Shown: positions 1 to 13,832 of the stretch, piece by piece
Position numbering within the stretch: position 1 is the stretch's first letter
Layout: each line of letters begins with the position of its first letter
DNA from: Camelus ferus
Lineage: Eukaryota
Direction: 5' to 3'
Assembly (NCBI RefSeq): GCF_009834535.1
Contig: NC_045697.1
Location: 31,746,001-31,810,000, forward strand
DNA: 64,000 bases
Notes under the pieces: model-generated
Databases searched by the model: none
Told to the model about the DNA's origin: nothing
Seen by the model: the letters and a program-made list of their open reading frames with translations, nothing else
Program-made: the position numbers and the translations under genes

Positions 1-593
1 CTGATCACTTATTTTCACACATACCATAAGGAGCATAAAGACAAGCCATTCAGTCATGTGTATTTAAACTTCAATAGTGGTGACAGCATAAACTATGAAA
101 ATTGATTTTTAGTTTAAATTGGGTACTCCCAATGACAGCAATGAACCTGACTTTCCTACACAATAAGAAATTGCCACAGTCAGTCAATATTCCTTCATCT
201 CATGTGACTTATTAAGCACATTTTTATCATTTTCTTTTTTGATCTATCAATGTGAAATAAATTTCCTTTCAAATAATATCATGAATTGACATTTAAATTA
301 GATTTTTAAAATTCACTTAATTTCCTTATGTAATAATATCAAGGCCTGAGTTCCATTAATATTGTACCTAATATTGTTCTATGTGTGTAAATAAAAATTT
401 TCATTTTCATTGAAATCATCAGTTAATTACCTGAGTTTAATTCTGAATAGGGCACTGTCAAAGATACCATAATGCTTAAATATGGGCAAATATCTTGGGG
501 ATAAACAAGAAAGGCAAATACACTATTGCTCTAAGAGTTTTATAAATTGTTATTAGTGAGATTCAAAAACCATTTATGCATTTACCATTCATC

Positions 594-752
594 TTTTTTT
601 TTTTTAAGTATTAATCTATTGTTTTTTTGAGGGGGGAGGTAATTTGGTTTATTTATTTATTTACTTACTTATTTTGAATGGAGACACTGGGGTTTGAACC
701 CAGGACCTCGTGCATGTTAAGCAAATGCTCTACCGCTGAGTTATACCCTCCC
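594..752 (-). mobile_element. tRNA-derived SINE (camelid Vic-1 type)
   Basis: Minus strand reads gggagggtataactcagcggtagagcatttgcttaacatgcacgaggtcctgggttcaaaccccag (A/B boxes), then an (AAAT)n/aattacctccccc tail and polyA. TSD accattcatctttttt (584) / accactcatctttttt (753). Confidence 0.92.
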
Positions 753-899
753 ACCACTCATCTTTTTTCCTGCTAGAAAAATATGCAACTTCTCCACCTT
801 CTTACTAAGACTATTGTGTCAAATTTTGACAGAATCTAGGAGGAATTTCTCTCTAAAAAGTCAATGGAACTGGCCTTAGATAATCATGTGCAATGCATA

Positions 900-1506
900 T
901 TTGTGAGGGTTTCTGGTTGTTTTGTATTGTTTTATTTTTATTTTGCCTTTCCACCTATGACCTCCTCTGTGGGACTGTCAAAACTCACACCGCCCACCAA
1001 CACTTATGAGAGCTGGTGGGAGAGAAAGTCCATCTATGGCTGAGGACAGAAGCCTACAAGTTCAGCAGCTCGTTTTGCCTTTTTGCACACTGGGCCATGG
1101 AAAAGTGACCTAGGCCAGGCTAGTCTCTTAGGGCCCCTAGGACTCTGAATTTGCATCTAATGATGCCAAGAAACAAGAAGAGAGACTTCACTGTGGCTGT
1201 TGCGGAGGTGTGTACAGTGTCCAGGAAGCAGGCTCAGTGGCGTTGCGCAGGGTTCAGAGCAGCTGCAGAGGGATAGCTCTCCAGGCTGGTGCCCAGTGGC
1301 TGTGGCAGGGCTGGGGCCTGATTTGGAGTCTCTTTGACTGACTAGACTGCCACTCACTTTCTATCCATTTTCTGAACTTCATCCCGAAGCCTTTGCAAGG
1401 ATTCTGTTAGTGTTCCATATCCTGAATAAATCGCTGCTATTTTAAAAAATCAAAAAGCAGCGATTTTGCATGTTTTTCCTTTCAACTAAGAATCCCGACT
1501 AGTACA
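900..1506 (+). mobile_element. Old ERVL LTR (LTR16-like), probable 5' LTR of the downstream ERVL internal region
   Basis: AATAAA at 1425 and typical ERVL LTR end caactaagaatcccgactagtaca, followed directly by internal sequence. The 5' boundary is approximate. Confidence 0.65.
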
Positions 1507-1568
1507 GAAATAGATAAAGTCAGTGTAGTGCACATAACTCTGGCAAATAGAGAAGCGTAATTTGTGAT

Positions 1569-2004
1569 TGTGTTGGATTCCGAGGGCTGCTCTAACAAAT
1601 TACCACAGACCTGGTGGCTTAAAACAACACAACTTTATTCTGTCACAGTTCTAGAGACCAGAAGGCTGAAATCAAGGCGTTGTCAGAGTCACACTCTCTC
1701 CTTAGGCTCTCGGGGAGAATCTTTCCTTGCTTCTCCCAGTTTCTGCTGACTCCTGTATTTCTTGGTTTGTGGCAACATTACTCCAACCCCTGTCTCTATT
1801 ACTACATGGTGTCTGTGTCTCTGTGCGTCCTTCTCTATCTTTTATAAGGATGCTCTCATTAGATCTCAAGTTCACTCTAATTTAGTATGATCCATCTCTA
1901 TCATTACCTAATTACATCTGCAAATGCCCTATTTGCAAATAAGGCCACATTCTGAGGTGCCAAGTGGATGTGAAATTCTGGGGGATATTGTTCAACCAAC
2001 TAGA
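1569..2004 (-). mobile_element. MaLR solo LTR (MLT1B/C-like) inserted in the ERVL leader
   Basis: Diagnostic aacaaattaccacagacctggtggcttaaaacaacac...cacattctgagg...ttcaaccaactaga. Perfect 5-bp TSD gtgat (1564-1568 / 2005-2009). Confidence 0.9.
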
Positions 2005-2009
2005 GTGAT

Positions 2010-4570
2010 TGTATTTAATTTGCTGAAGTGTCAAAGTGAAAATCCACTAGTGAGGTATGGGAATCTGAAACTCCGTGGTGCGTGATGATAAAACAGTTAA
2101 GTTATCTCCCTAAAATGATGGCAAGGCTCTCAGGGTTGCATTGCTGCTTCCAAATATGAAGTCTATAAGGAAGTCAAGGACTGTGGGGCGAGGTAGCTGC
2201 CTTTACAGCACTGAATATCTTAAGAGAAGAGAATGAGAAGGTAAAATCTCCAAAATATCTATAATTTTGGCTCAAGGTCCAGATGGAAGCCCTGAGAGTG
2301 TAATTATATTAAAAGAATAGCAATACTTTCAATATTAAAGGATGATTATATCTCAAAATTTAAAAGCACAGTTTTATCCTACAGTTGACAAAATTTGACA
2401 TCAAGTGAATTCACAGTTGTTTCAGGACAATTATTGGAAGACGATGGTACTGCTAGGGGAAGAGGAAACCAGAATTGGGATAGATTTGTACAGAGGAATT
2501 CAGAGGATTCAGCACATTCTGTATCCACAAACCCAATCTGCCAAAATAGTCCTTTCTCTTGTTTCCTCCGCAGTATTTCTGTGTGCAGCTGAGCATGTCA
2601 CCAAATGAAAGGAAGCCAGTTCTCTCTGGGCTCCATCCTTACTCTCCCTGTTACAAATCCAGGTCCATAGTGACAGTCATATCACAGCTCAATTCTTGAA
2701 TGATTACGCGGTTGAAAACCAGTCCAGGGAAGCTAAGAGGTGCATGCCAAAAATTTTTAAGCTTTTTCAATTTTATCTTGGCAAAAATTTGGGTAATCAG
2801 AAAGGAAATTAATTTAAGGACTCTAGAAAGAGGGGAGAATATGTCAGGTGACATACAATTTTAATATGAGTGCACTTACTGCTGATTCCAAGATCGTTTT
2901 ACACTGAGAGTTTGAATGTGGCTCTAATGGCTTTCTCAGTTGAGTAACTGAAATCTTTACTAAAGAGTTGCCCTAGCTAAACTGAGTTGAGATGCCAAAG
3001 AAACAACTTGGTATGGTTTGAAAAAAGGATCAAAATGCTTAGAGAAATGTTAGAGTGAATTTGGAAAGAAGCCTATCAGAGTGGATTTGTCGGTTATGAC
3101 CCACTCAGCTATCTTCTATTTCCCAGAAGACAAGGCCAGCCTTAATTGTATTAAGAAATGCATTTTTTCTGGAGCACCAGTAGCTTTAAAAGTCTTTGTG
3201 TGATTTTGTTGGGCTAGAATGATGATTAGAGGTGCTTCAACGCTGTGGTTGAAATGGACTCTGATTCCCATGGGCAGAAAGTTATCAGGCAGGTGAGTCA
3301 AAAGAGTGATATAAATACCACAGGCAGATTTTCAGTAATAACCATGTCAGGCTGCCATATGTCATAATTATCATTATCACTTAACCCCCAGTGACCTTTA
3401 TGGCAAGCTCTTTGACCACAGCATTAATATAGAGTGTGCACTAGGGCCATACTTGATTTACACACCTGGGAAAAATATCTCCAAATGAGGTGGGCAGAAT
3501 TCTAGAATGAGTCATTTCAGTGGAGAGTCGTAACGTCTCACTGAATTTTCAGAACTAAATCCCTTAACAGACCTAGTACCCTTGAAGTAAGAGGATATCG
3601 GGTGATCATGAGAAAAGATCCCATAGTGAAAATCGCAAACAAATGCTAAGAAGATACTTCCTGGCCTTCTCCTGCCATATTTACTATTGAGCACTGACTC
3701 TGAATGGATACTACCTCTTGGGCAAATAGACAAAGGTGTTGTTGAAGATCAAATGAGAAATACAATTTTGTCCTATATCCACCTTACTATACACCCAGTA
3801 GGACACTTGTGTTTGGCTTTCCTACTTCCAGAGTTCATGGTTTCTAGAAATAATGCAAGCAGTTGGCATGATCCTGAGTAAGAGTTATTACAGAAGGAGG
3901 AGTCAAGCAACTCTAGTTCATCCTAAGAAAATAGTGAATAAAAAGCAATACTGTATCACTAGAAAAGTCAAAGAAATAAGTACCACCATCAAAGACTCTA
4001 AAGATGCAAGAGAAATGATTTATATCACAGCCCATTTAACTCTCAGATTTGACCACTTTCAAAGACAGATGGGGTTTTGAGAATGACTGAATTATTGTAA
4101 GCTTAATTAGGTGGGGTATCTGAATTGCAGCTGCTATTCCAGATGTGGAACGGTAGCAAATCAGCAGAGTAGAAAAGGGCAGATTAAAGCTGATTTTTGC
4201 CCACTAGGATGAAGTTCCTGAAGTATATCTTGCTGTCTCCTTTACATGCTGGAGAGAGATGCTGAAGTATAAATATACACTAATTTCTGGTCAATTGCTA
4301 ACAGGTTTTCTGGGTTTTCTGGAACTTGGGAGGAATAAGATTGGAGTTCTTGGGGTAAGAAGCTCTGAAGGAGTTGTAAAAAGATATATAGCTTAAGGAT
4401 GAGTCCAAACTATGGGAATAACTTTGTCCCACGTGAACATGTACTAAGGCTCTCACTGCAGAGAAAGCTGTTCACTCGGGTGTTCAGAAAGACCCAGTCA
4501 GAAAGCTAATGTGGCTGCCCTCTGCCACAGCAGGGCTTATTTGTTGGCTTATAAATACGGTATCTATGGA
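2010..4570 (+). mobile_element. Decayed ERVL internal region (gag, protease, RT N-terminus, RNase H remnants)
   Basis: Gag-like block ~2720-3070 (ELEMP..PW...GI..LREMLE). Protease-like LLSTDSE at ~3684 (cf. LLDTGSE). ORF 3853-4080 PKKIVNKKQYCITRKVKEISTTIKDSKDA matches ERVL pol KIVNQKQYRIPGGIAEISATIKDLKDA, followed by AAAIPDV. RNase H-like IYTNFWSIANRFSGFSGTW at ~4270-4330. Many stops and frameshifts. Confidence 0.85.
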
Positions 4571-4589
4571 GAGAGTATCTAGACCTTGA

Positions 4590-4994
4590 ATGACAGATTG
4601 TATTTCATTTGCTCTTCCTTGCATCCCCTGCCCTGGTCCTAAAAATTATATTTTCTAAGATCCCTTGCTAATTGGCTTCCAGTTAGGGTTGGTCAATGGG
4701 ATGCACTGGTGTGATATTGGAGGGCAGGAGGAAAGGAAAAACTGGAGTGTTTTTCTCTTTCTCCAGTTCCAGTGGAATCTACAATGATAGATTCTTCTCT
4801 CCAGTAGTTTCAGCTTCTGCCAGGCAGCCCCAGTTCCTACAGTCCAATAGCCACTTCTTCCCTATGTCTCCCCTCCCTAAGGATGGTGGCGACTAACCCC
4901 TACTTGCCTCGCTAATAACCCTGGCTGGCTTTTAGTTTCTTTCAAAACCTTCATTCTGGCTTTTTGTTTTGCTATATGGTTCCTAATCGACACA
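4590..4994 (+). mobile_element. ERVL LTR (LTR33-like)
   Basis: tcccttgctaattggcttccagttagggttggtcaatgggatgcactgg...ggagggcaggagg and cctaaggatggtggcgact motifs. End resembles cctaatcgacaca. Confidence 0.65.
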
Positions 4995-5739
4995 TCAGGC
5001 TTTCAGGAACCATAGTGGAAATAGGTGTTGACTTCAACCTTCATTGTTTCCATTTCAATGGCTTCTCTTTACTCGCTGAGCCATTTTTAGGTTTGAAATA
5101 TTGGTTTCCCATCTTCACTTTTCTGGCTGTTTCTGAGCCTTGTTCTCTAACTCAGTACCACATTCACCTCATTGAAATCATGCTAGCTCAGTCTGTCCTT
5201 AAACCTTGCATATTCAAAATCTGATTTATTGATATACCAAGAATGCATGTTTTTTAAGTGTAGGCTTAAATAAAAAGCTCATAAGAATGATATACAAATA
5301 TAACAAGTTAATTAATTAGTAATGACAACTTCTAATTGTGTCCTCTTTTCTGCCTTAAGAAAGACCCTCATGGGAACTCAAAGAGCTCTTATTTTCTAAT
5401 TGAATGTGTTTCCTTTTCACATAGAGAGTGTTCAGAAAAATCATTATAGTTTCTTAACCTTAATCAGCTTTTTAAATATTGATAGCCATAGAATAACTGC
5501 ATAAGGTAACAGTTGACTCTGTCCAAATCCTGCTTTTATACCATTACAAGGGCAAATAGAGTCAATGTCATTGACTCTTGTTGTATAATCTGAGACTTGG
5601 CAATAGTTTCTATTTTTTCTAAAAAAATACATATCTTGGGAGGAGGTGGAATTAATTGTGTTACTCTTGAAATAAAATTATTTAGAATTTCCTCTATTAC
5701 ATGATTTTGAAGATTGATTTACATCTTTTCCATCCTAAA

Positions 5740-7940
5740 ATCCTACTAAATTAGAAAGATAAAACCTACAAAGGCAAGGAGAAAAAAAGTGAGAAAAGTA
5801 AAGCAGATGGATAAATGATAACTAATGTGCCAAACCTGATAAAGCAGAAACTCAGTTATGCAATGCAGAAACCAAAACCAAGCTGATCTCCTTTAGAAAT
5901 CCAGAAGGATTAAGGAATTGGAAGAACATCATAATTCTGAAAGTAGGAGCAGCAGTGAGGATAAAAATAAGAGCAGTGATTGGAAGCCTATATAAGTAAG
6001 TATTAGATTCAAGAATTCCCTTTTTGGTGTTAATCTAGACGAACTGGACTGTGGAGGAAACCAGGCACAGGTAAGAGCAGAAGGTACCATATTGAAAATA
6101 GACACATCCAGCTCTCTTCCCTTAGTCCACTTCCAAACTGTTGGCAGCCAAATGTATATTTCCCAGGTAGCAGACAAAATTATTTCATTTTCAAGAAAAA
6201 AAATGATCCCAAGAGAACAAACTCCAGGTTATGTGGCTCTCCAAAAGGTTGAGATCACCTTACTATGAATCTTATCTGATAACAAGTGTCCTTTCCCCAA
6301 AAGCACATACAAAGATTCAGAAGATTTAGTGTAACAGCCTTAAATAGAAACATTTGACCAAAGATCAATAGACGTTTCAAAAAATCCTTTGATGTGAAAG
6401 AGACTAAAACAGTGAAAAGGAAGTCAGAAAATCAGGGAGAGCTGGGGATACAGGAAGACTCCAAATGTCTTTCTTTAATATCCTAAGGGACAAAATAAAG
6501 AAGATACTGCCACTCTGAAACAAGTACAGACAACTACTGAAGAACATGCAAAGAACAAAAGAGATTTAAGAAATTAAAAATAGTAAAATGAAAATCCTTT
6601 ACAATGATAAAAAGATGAATTTGAAGACATCTTCTAGAAAACAGATTAAAAGACAAAGTAGGAAAGAAAAGATTAGGTTAGCACAAATTCTACACTAAAA
6701 TAACAGTGATTTTCAAATAGAAGGAACAAAGAGAAAGAAACTATCAAATAAATAATATGGCAAAATATTACAGAATCAAAGGAACTAGCTTCCAGATGTA
6801 AAGATGCTTGGTGCCCAGCGCAATGGATGGAGAAAGATCCACGTCAAAGCAATTACTAGAATTTAAGAATTCCAGGTTCAAAAGAAGAAAGCAGATAAAT
6901 AAATAAGTAAATAAAAGGACCCCAATGTTCAGAAATCAGATTGGCTTTAGATTTCTCAGTAGCAACCCTGGGAGTTAGAAGACAACAGAGCATCATCATC
7001 AAATTTTGGGGAAAAACTGATTGCATCATAGAATTCTAGGCATCATCAAACTCTGATGTTTGATAGTAAAATAAGATCTTTTCAGACAATCAATGTCTCA
7101 AAAACCATTTCTTAAATCACTTCTCAGAAAGCAACTTGAAGATGTGCTCCAGCTAAACGAGGAATTAAACCAAGAAAAAGAAAAATGTGGGGACTCTGTC
7201 ATGAGAGGAATGATCCCTAGAAGAGACGTGAAGGAACTCAACAGGCTGATGGTACATGGAGCTGCCAGTGCCAGGACAATGCTGCCCAGTGGACCCAGAC
7301 AACAGCTAGATTGGAAATGACGATGGGACGATTCCAGGAGTGATGTTAAAGGAAAAGATAAAATGCACTAAGAGGAGGCATATTTGGGAGGCCAGTTGTG
7401 GTAGGTTCATTAAAATGAGTGAATATTTAAAAAGAGAAAGAGTGAAAAATGAATAAATTAAATAAATAACCTCCGGGAATAAAAATGTAGAAGAATGGAA
7501 GTGATGTCACTGTCCTGCAGAATGAATGCTGAAGAGGAGTTTGCTGGTATATTACATTGCTCAGCTGTTAATGTTTTCCTATCAAAATAATAACTGAATG
7601 CTGATATACAAACAAATCATAATATAGCTGCATTAAAGATAACTGAGGCAAAATGCCTGTGGTAAGACTGGGTATAGAGAGCTAAATCAATATCATTCTC
7701 AATAGGAAAGTTAGCATGTAACATACAAAGATGTAAATACGAAATGGCAATATAAACTAATGCGGATGTAAATGCCAAAAGAATCAGCTAAGAAAGTCAT
7801 ATGAAGTGGGGTGCAGAGGGAGGATTTACTGAAAACTGGCTGAAAGGAAGATGGGGAAATGATTACTGCTTCTTGTAAAATGCTTTGGGTGGATACCTGG
7901 CTTTGTAGACATACTACTTGATTAAAAATAAAAATTAAAG
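5740..7940 (+). mobile_element. HAL1 (half-L1) / ancient L1 ORF1-only element, decayed
   Basis: A-rich. ORF1 C-terminal motif IRLALDFSVATLGVRRQ at ~6935, and ORF 7093 PFLKSLLRKQLEDVLQLNEELNQEK typical of HAL1. No ORF2 follows. Ends at an A-rich tail ~7925-7940. Confidence 0.7.
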
Positions 7941-9499
7941 ATCATTAGTACTTACGATGAAAAGAAGAATCCAAGACAGTCTAACATGCTCACTCCAGGC
8001 CTGAGACAAAAGCACTCCTGCCCCAGACTGATCATTCTGTGGACCCCAGCCCCTCTAACCCATGGAAAGGTCTGCACACTCATCAGCAACACTTGCCACT
8101 GGGACCTTCTTTTCCCGTCTCCATGCCCAAGCAGCAGTTCTCCTAGACACATACTCTCTCTTCAGATATGTTAATACATTAATTCTGTCACAGAAAGTGT
8201 TCCGGGTGAGGAGGTCATTCTGTCTCTAAAGAGTAATTTTTTGCCAAGTATGCTCTAATACCTACGTGATAGCTATCATACTTTGACATTCTCATTTTAT
8301 TTATTTAACTTCCACTTCCTGAAATATGTTTATCTCTATCCCCTCAAAATAGAAAACCTGCCAACTCTGATTCAAAAGCTACATCCTTCTTTATCATTGT
8401 AACTTACTTTTTAACAGCCTGTTTTAGACGCATTAATTCATGCTTAAAGACCCGTAGTCTTTGGAGACATGTTACAACGCACATGCTCTTTTCAGAATAG
8501 AAGTTAATTCACTGACAGTTTTTTAAAAAGTATATTTTTATGGTTATCTGCTCAATGGTTAATACATTAAATTGGCAGCAAACAGTGTTAAGTAACTTTG
8601 GGATTTATTATCTACAGATACCATTTTCCTTCTACTGTTAAGAGTGTAAAACATTATTAGTTAGGACCTCTGTGGAAATGTAACTCTTTAGGAATTAAAT
8701 TGATTTTTAAAATAATGTTGATAAAAATTTGACCATAGAGCTCAATTAATTTTTGACCTTATTGCAAGGACAGTACACACAATCGTATGAAGATACAGTA
8801 AGATGCATTCTGTGTTTCTTGCTAGCTCAGTCAGTTCTGAAGGTACCAACTGGAAAAAGCTTACACAAATCAATGATTTCACCTTTTGTGGAATTGGACA
8901 CTCCATATCTCTTTTCAGCACTAATGTTCACATTGTAGAATTCCTTGGCAAATGCTGACCAAATCTATTAGCAGTGAGTATATCTATGGATGGGCTTCAA
9001 GATCAACAGGGTATAACATTGCCTCCCAAATCTAGATACATTTTTTTAACCAAGACTTTAGGAGTGTTTTAAGACTGCACAAAGGATAGATTCATTGAAC
9101 AGTACATATTATCAATAATATAAAACTACTCTGCATGAAAATAGGGCATATTTCAGATCTTTTTCATCAGTAAATTAAAATATCTATCTAGCGTTTTTAT
9201 TAATTTAAAAAAATTCACAACGTATATAGTTTTTGTTTGGACTCTTGCTTTGGATTTAGAGAGTACATCTTCCAAAGTGAATTGAGGTCACAGTTGGTTT
9301 CTTTGGGTCAAACAAGTCTAGATTACTTGGTAAGTAGCAGTAAGGTGGTGTTGTCTTTGTTGTTGTCTGAAGTATTACCATAGGAATCCTGCGTTATTTA
9401 CCAGAGAGACTGATTGGAAGAAACAAAGCGCTAAAAGAAAACACTAAGATTATTCAAAAAGGGAGAAGCACTAGATATTATCTAATAAAATCCTACCAA

Positions 9500-11000
9500 A
9501 ATGAGAAGCCCTCTTGAAAGATGTTCTTCTAGTGTCTGCCTGAATCATTTCAGGGAAACAACAACCACAAATGTGTGCATACCTGATCTGACTGAATCTG
9601 AGCTTTTTCTTGGATAATACTGTAGTTTGACTCTATGATATTGTTTCTACCTTCTGCTTCTGAAAAAACACTTACAATATTTGAAGACTGTTACTGCGAT
9701 CCTTGCTGGTCTAGTCCCTCACAATATAACTATTCCCATGTCCTCATTTGTTCCTTTTTGAGGCATGGTGTCTTTATCCTTTGCTAAATGGAGGTCTAAG
9801 TCCAGAGTGACCCAGGGTCAACAGCAACTGTCTTAATATGCAGTTTCAAGAGTGGAAGAGAATAATCTGGAAGTGGGACTCTACTTATCCAAACCAATGA
9901 TTTTCAAAATTTGAATCCTCTCTCTCCCATGAGATGTTTGTAATTTACTCATTTATTTATATTGAGTTGTAATTAACATACAATATTGTATTAGTGTCAG
10001 GTATACAACATACTGATTTCGTATTTTTATACACTATGAAATGATCACTGCAATAAGACCAGTTACCATCTGCCACCACACAAAGTTTTTAAAATATTGA
10101 CTATATTCCCTATGCTATACATTATATCCCAGTGATTTATTTATTTTACCAGTGGAACTTTGTGCTTCTTAATCCCCTTCACCTATTTTATCTGCCCCTC
10201 ACCCCTCTGCTTTCTGATGACCAACAGTTTATTCTCTGTATCTGATTCTGTTCCTATTTTGTTTTCTTTGTTTTCTTTTTTAAATTCTACATGTAAGTGA
10301 AATCATATAGTACTTGTTTTCCTCTGTCTGACTTATTTCATTTAGCATTGGAGCACTTATTTTAAATGCATATCCTCAGAAATTGGTAGATCTGGACTGA
10401 ATATGAATATTTAAGAAAGCTTGCAAAGAATTCTAACCTGAATAGTCTAGAAAGCATACCTGGAGAAGCCTTAATCTAGACTTATATTAAAAAATAATAT
10501 AACACCCCCTGATTACTATTGGTACCATTAAGCTTAAAGTAAACTCAGTGTGACCGTTAAGCTAAATGTCCCAGTCGTATGCTTCTGCAACTGATAATTT
10601 CATGGTAGATTTGGAATTTCTATTTTTCCTGTTAAGAACATTAATTTGGGCCTGGCAGTTAAGTCTGTTGGGTAAAACAACTGAACCTTGATTCTGTCAT
10701 CTGAAACATTTGCTTCCCCTGCCAAAGCTGCATCACTTACAGATTTGATAAATGTCCCTTCACCTAAATCATTGATGAAAATTTATAAGGCTAAATAGAG
10801 AATCTTATGACATGCCACGAGATACCTCCCTCCAAGGTGACAATCGTTTGTTAAACAACACATTTGGGGGTAGTTATGCATTTATTGAACTGCTCTATCA
10901 CTTAACACATTTCTCTATTTTATCTACAAGCATGTCAGACCCAAAAGAATTTACAAAGTGCTTTACTGGAATTCTGATAAGCTGTGTCAATACTAGTTAC
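9500..11000 (-). mobile_element. L3/CR1 LINE fragments interrupted by younger elements
   Basis: RT-region match catcacttacagatttgataaatg...tcattgatgaaaattt...catgccacgagatacctccctcc (10730-10835). CR1 3'-like tctagtgtctgcctgaatcatttcaggg at ~9530. Confidence 0.65.
9948..10348 (-). mobile_element. L1 3' UTR fragment (laurasiatherian L1MA-like)
   Basis: catacaatattgtattagtgtcaggtatacaacata...aagtgaaatcatatagtacttg...tctgtctgacttatttcatttagcat. Confidence 0.88.
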
Positions 11001-11339
11001 CCACTCTCACAGATCCAGCAGAGAGAGCTCTGGAGGGGAGAGCAGTAGACAGTCATTGAGCATCAAAGTCTTCAGAATGAATTGTCTCATTTATGACCTC
11101 CTTCTGAGATGAACTTTTTATCTCCCACGAATAAGGATACAAAGGCTTAGAAAAGTTAGATAAGTACATGATGTCACAAAACTAGAAAGCAAGAGGTCCA
11201 AGTGCCTTCTTGTATCTCACCACTTACCAGCCCTGTGGCATTATGCAAATCTCCTAATATCTCTGCAGTAAACATATTTCAAAATGTGTACTCAACTCTG
11301 AGTAACTGGTGATGCCCTGAATTCTGACAATTAATTCAC

Positions 11340-11835
11340 AGTATATTTAACGGAGAACCAGGATAAAAATGCTTAAAATATGCTAGCAGTTTAGCTATCT
11401 GTTATTTAAAAGTTCAAAAAAGGCAGTCTAAATCTAGTATGGTTGCTCTGTTTTATACAATTCTCAAGAGCCTGGATTCTGTCCATCTTGTTTCTTCATC
11501 ACACATTGCCTCCAATCTCAAGATCAACTCATTATTCATGATGGCTGCTCCAAGCTTTAATTTTTACAGTCACATTTCAGGCAGCAGAAAAAAAGTAACG
11601 GTGAAGAAAAATAGACAATGCAAATTTATCTAAGGAAAGGACTGGCAGCTGCTACATAACATTTCATAAAACATGTATATCTCAGTGTCCGAAAGTTAGT
11701 CCAATAGCCGTATCTTGCTGCAAAGAAGGCTAGAAAGTGAATTTGTAAATTCTGTATGCCCATGTGCCCAATTAAAATTAGGTATTCTATTACTATAGAC
11801 TAAAGAAAATGGATTTTGGAAGACAACTGTGATTC
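11340..11835 (-). mobile_element. Old MaLR LTR (MLT1J/K-like)
   Basis: atggctgctccaagc...cacatttcaggcagcagaaaa, gctgcaaagaaggctagaaagtg, ggattttggaagacaact motifs. Confidence 0.65.
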
Positions 11836-11964
11836 TCTGTGACAAATATACTATAAATATATAAAAATGAGTTCAGTTTCATATACTTGTTTTTAGTGAA
11901 CCCTAATGATTCCTCAAAGTGCTTTAAATATGTTCCAGAAATGTCCTAAGATTTAACACACTCA

Positions 11965-12560
11965 GTAATTAATTTATTCATTCAGTCAACAGACATTAAT
12001 AAAGAGGCCCAGACATCACACTAGACATTGGAGTCTCAAGATTCAATACAAGATATAGTCCCTATTCTTAAGAATAAAAATTGTATTTTTGTGTGAAAAA
12101 AAAAAACATTGTGAGAGAGATAGACTTTAAACAGATATAATAACTTCCATAGCAGAATTATATACAAAAGGACCCAGGAGAAGAGTAAGATTAAATTAAC
12201 CAAAGCCTGAAGATTTGAGAAAGGCTTCAAAAAGGTAATATTTAAACCGAACTTTAAAAGACAAATGGATTTTTACCAGAAAAAAAAAAAAAGTAGTGAG
12301 AAAAGTACTCTGGGTCAAAATAATAACATATGCTAAGGTGTAAGGAAGTAAAAAAAAAGAATCATGTTGTTAGAGCAACCTGCACAATTCCACGTAAGTA
12401 CAATGCACAAGGAACAGAAGTGGAGAAGGAAATGGGGTTGGAGCTGTTAAGTAGGTACAATCTGGTAAAATCCATGAATATGATTCCAAAGCTATTCTAT
12501 AAGAATGAAGGACATTAAAGACTTTAAATAGAGAGTGACATGACATTATCTGTGGAGTTT
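11965..12560 (-). mobile_element. L2 LINE 3' fragment
   Basis: Starts with ttcattcagtcaacagacatt (reverse of the L2 tail), followed by purine-rich L2 body. Confidence 0.7.
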
Positions 12561-12929
12561 CCTGTTGGGCGAGGGTTGGTATCATGAGTGGAACGTTGGA
12601 ACCAGTGGCAGACTGGAGGCCCGGTGGTTACTGCACCAATCAGTAATTCCAACGAGAGACCCTAGGTGTGGCAAAGGGAGGGGATGAGTCACAGAGAGAT
12701 CACTCCTGTTGGCTCCTCATTTATCACTGGCGTCAAAGTTCTCTTTACTGTTTACTTAGTTCCTTCCAGTTTTGAAATCATTCTTTTTTATGGGAGGACA
12801 GGGACTAAATAGAAGTCGTGAATTCTTCCAATGTTTCTATCATTTGTACTCCATTTGCTCTTAAAAAAATATCATTTCCCCCTCGGTCTTTTTTCTTTTT
12901 CTCTTACAACAATTGCTTCAACAACTGGA

Positions 12930-13115
12930 AATTATTAAAGCTAATTATACACAAGGTATTATGTCAAGGGCTACATATAAATTATGTAGCATTAACTATA
13001 CCTATACCTATAAATGCCTACCTGTGAGGCAAGTACAATTATTGAGAAAGGTTAAGTAACTTTTCCAAGCACACCCAAGTGGTAAGTAGTGGAGCTTAGA
13101 TCCAAAACTAGCTCT
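12930..13115 (-). mobile_element. MIR SINE
   Basis: gagaaaggttaagtaacttttccaagcacacccaagtggtaagtagtggagc MIR core. Confidence 0.7.
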
Positions 13116-13256
13116 ATGTATTAACAACTAGATAACAAGTTTGTCGATCAACATGCAGGTAGTTGCTTATTTACTAATGGATAACAAACAGACATCAGCC
13201 CATTCTACTTACGAGCTTTTTGGATAAGCCTGTTGTTTACCTGTGACTCCTTTACT

Positions 13257-13281
13257 GTGTGTGTGTGTGTGTGTGTTTGTG
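13257..13281. repeat. (TG)n microsatellite
   Basis: Direct observation. Confidence 0.9.
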
Positions 13282-13545
13282 CACTCATGTGGTTGTCTCC
13301 ACTGCCCTATGTGTCCCTTCCTCCACTTCTCTTGTACATCAAGAAGATTCACCGGAGAGAATCCCACGTCTCTTCTTAGAGGATGGAAGCTTATGTTCAC
13401 TCACACTAAGTTCGTTTCTTCTTAAATAAGATTTTACCATAATGTATACTTTGTCTTATACGCAGGCATCCAGCTTACAGGAATCAGAGCATTTTTAATA
13501 AAGCTCACTTTCTGGATTTTGTTAAGATTCATGGAATTGTGCTAC

Positions 13546-13832
13546 TTATTTTTTAGCTGAAATATATTTGAGATAAAACAGTTGTAAATTTAATGTATAT
13601 AACATGCTGTTTTGGTGTATTAAGTTGATTAATTAATTAATATGATTGCCATGGTAGTAATACTTAGCATCTCTATCACCTCATATAATTACAATTTCTT
13701 TCTAGTGGTTAGAATAATTAAGATCCAGTCTCTTAGCAAATTTGATGGTTGTAACACAATATCGTTGTCTGTATTCTCTATACTGGTACATTAGAGCTCT
13801 AGGACTCACCATCTGTTGCATGTTTGCATCCT
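13546..13832 (-). mobile_element. L1MA9-like 3' end fragment
   Basis: catctctatcacctcatataattacaatttctt...ttaagatccagtctcttagcaaattt...tacattagagctctaggactca. Confidence 0.8.
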
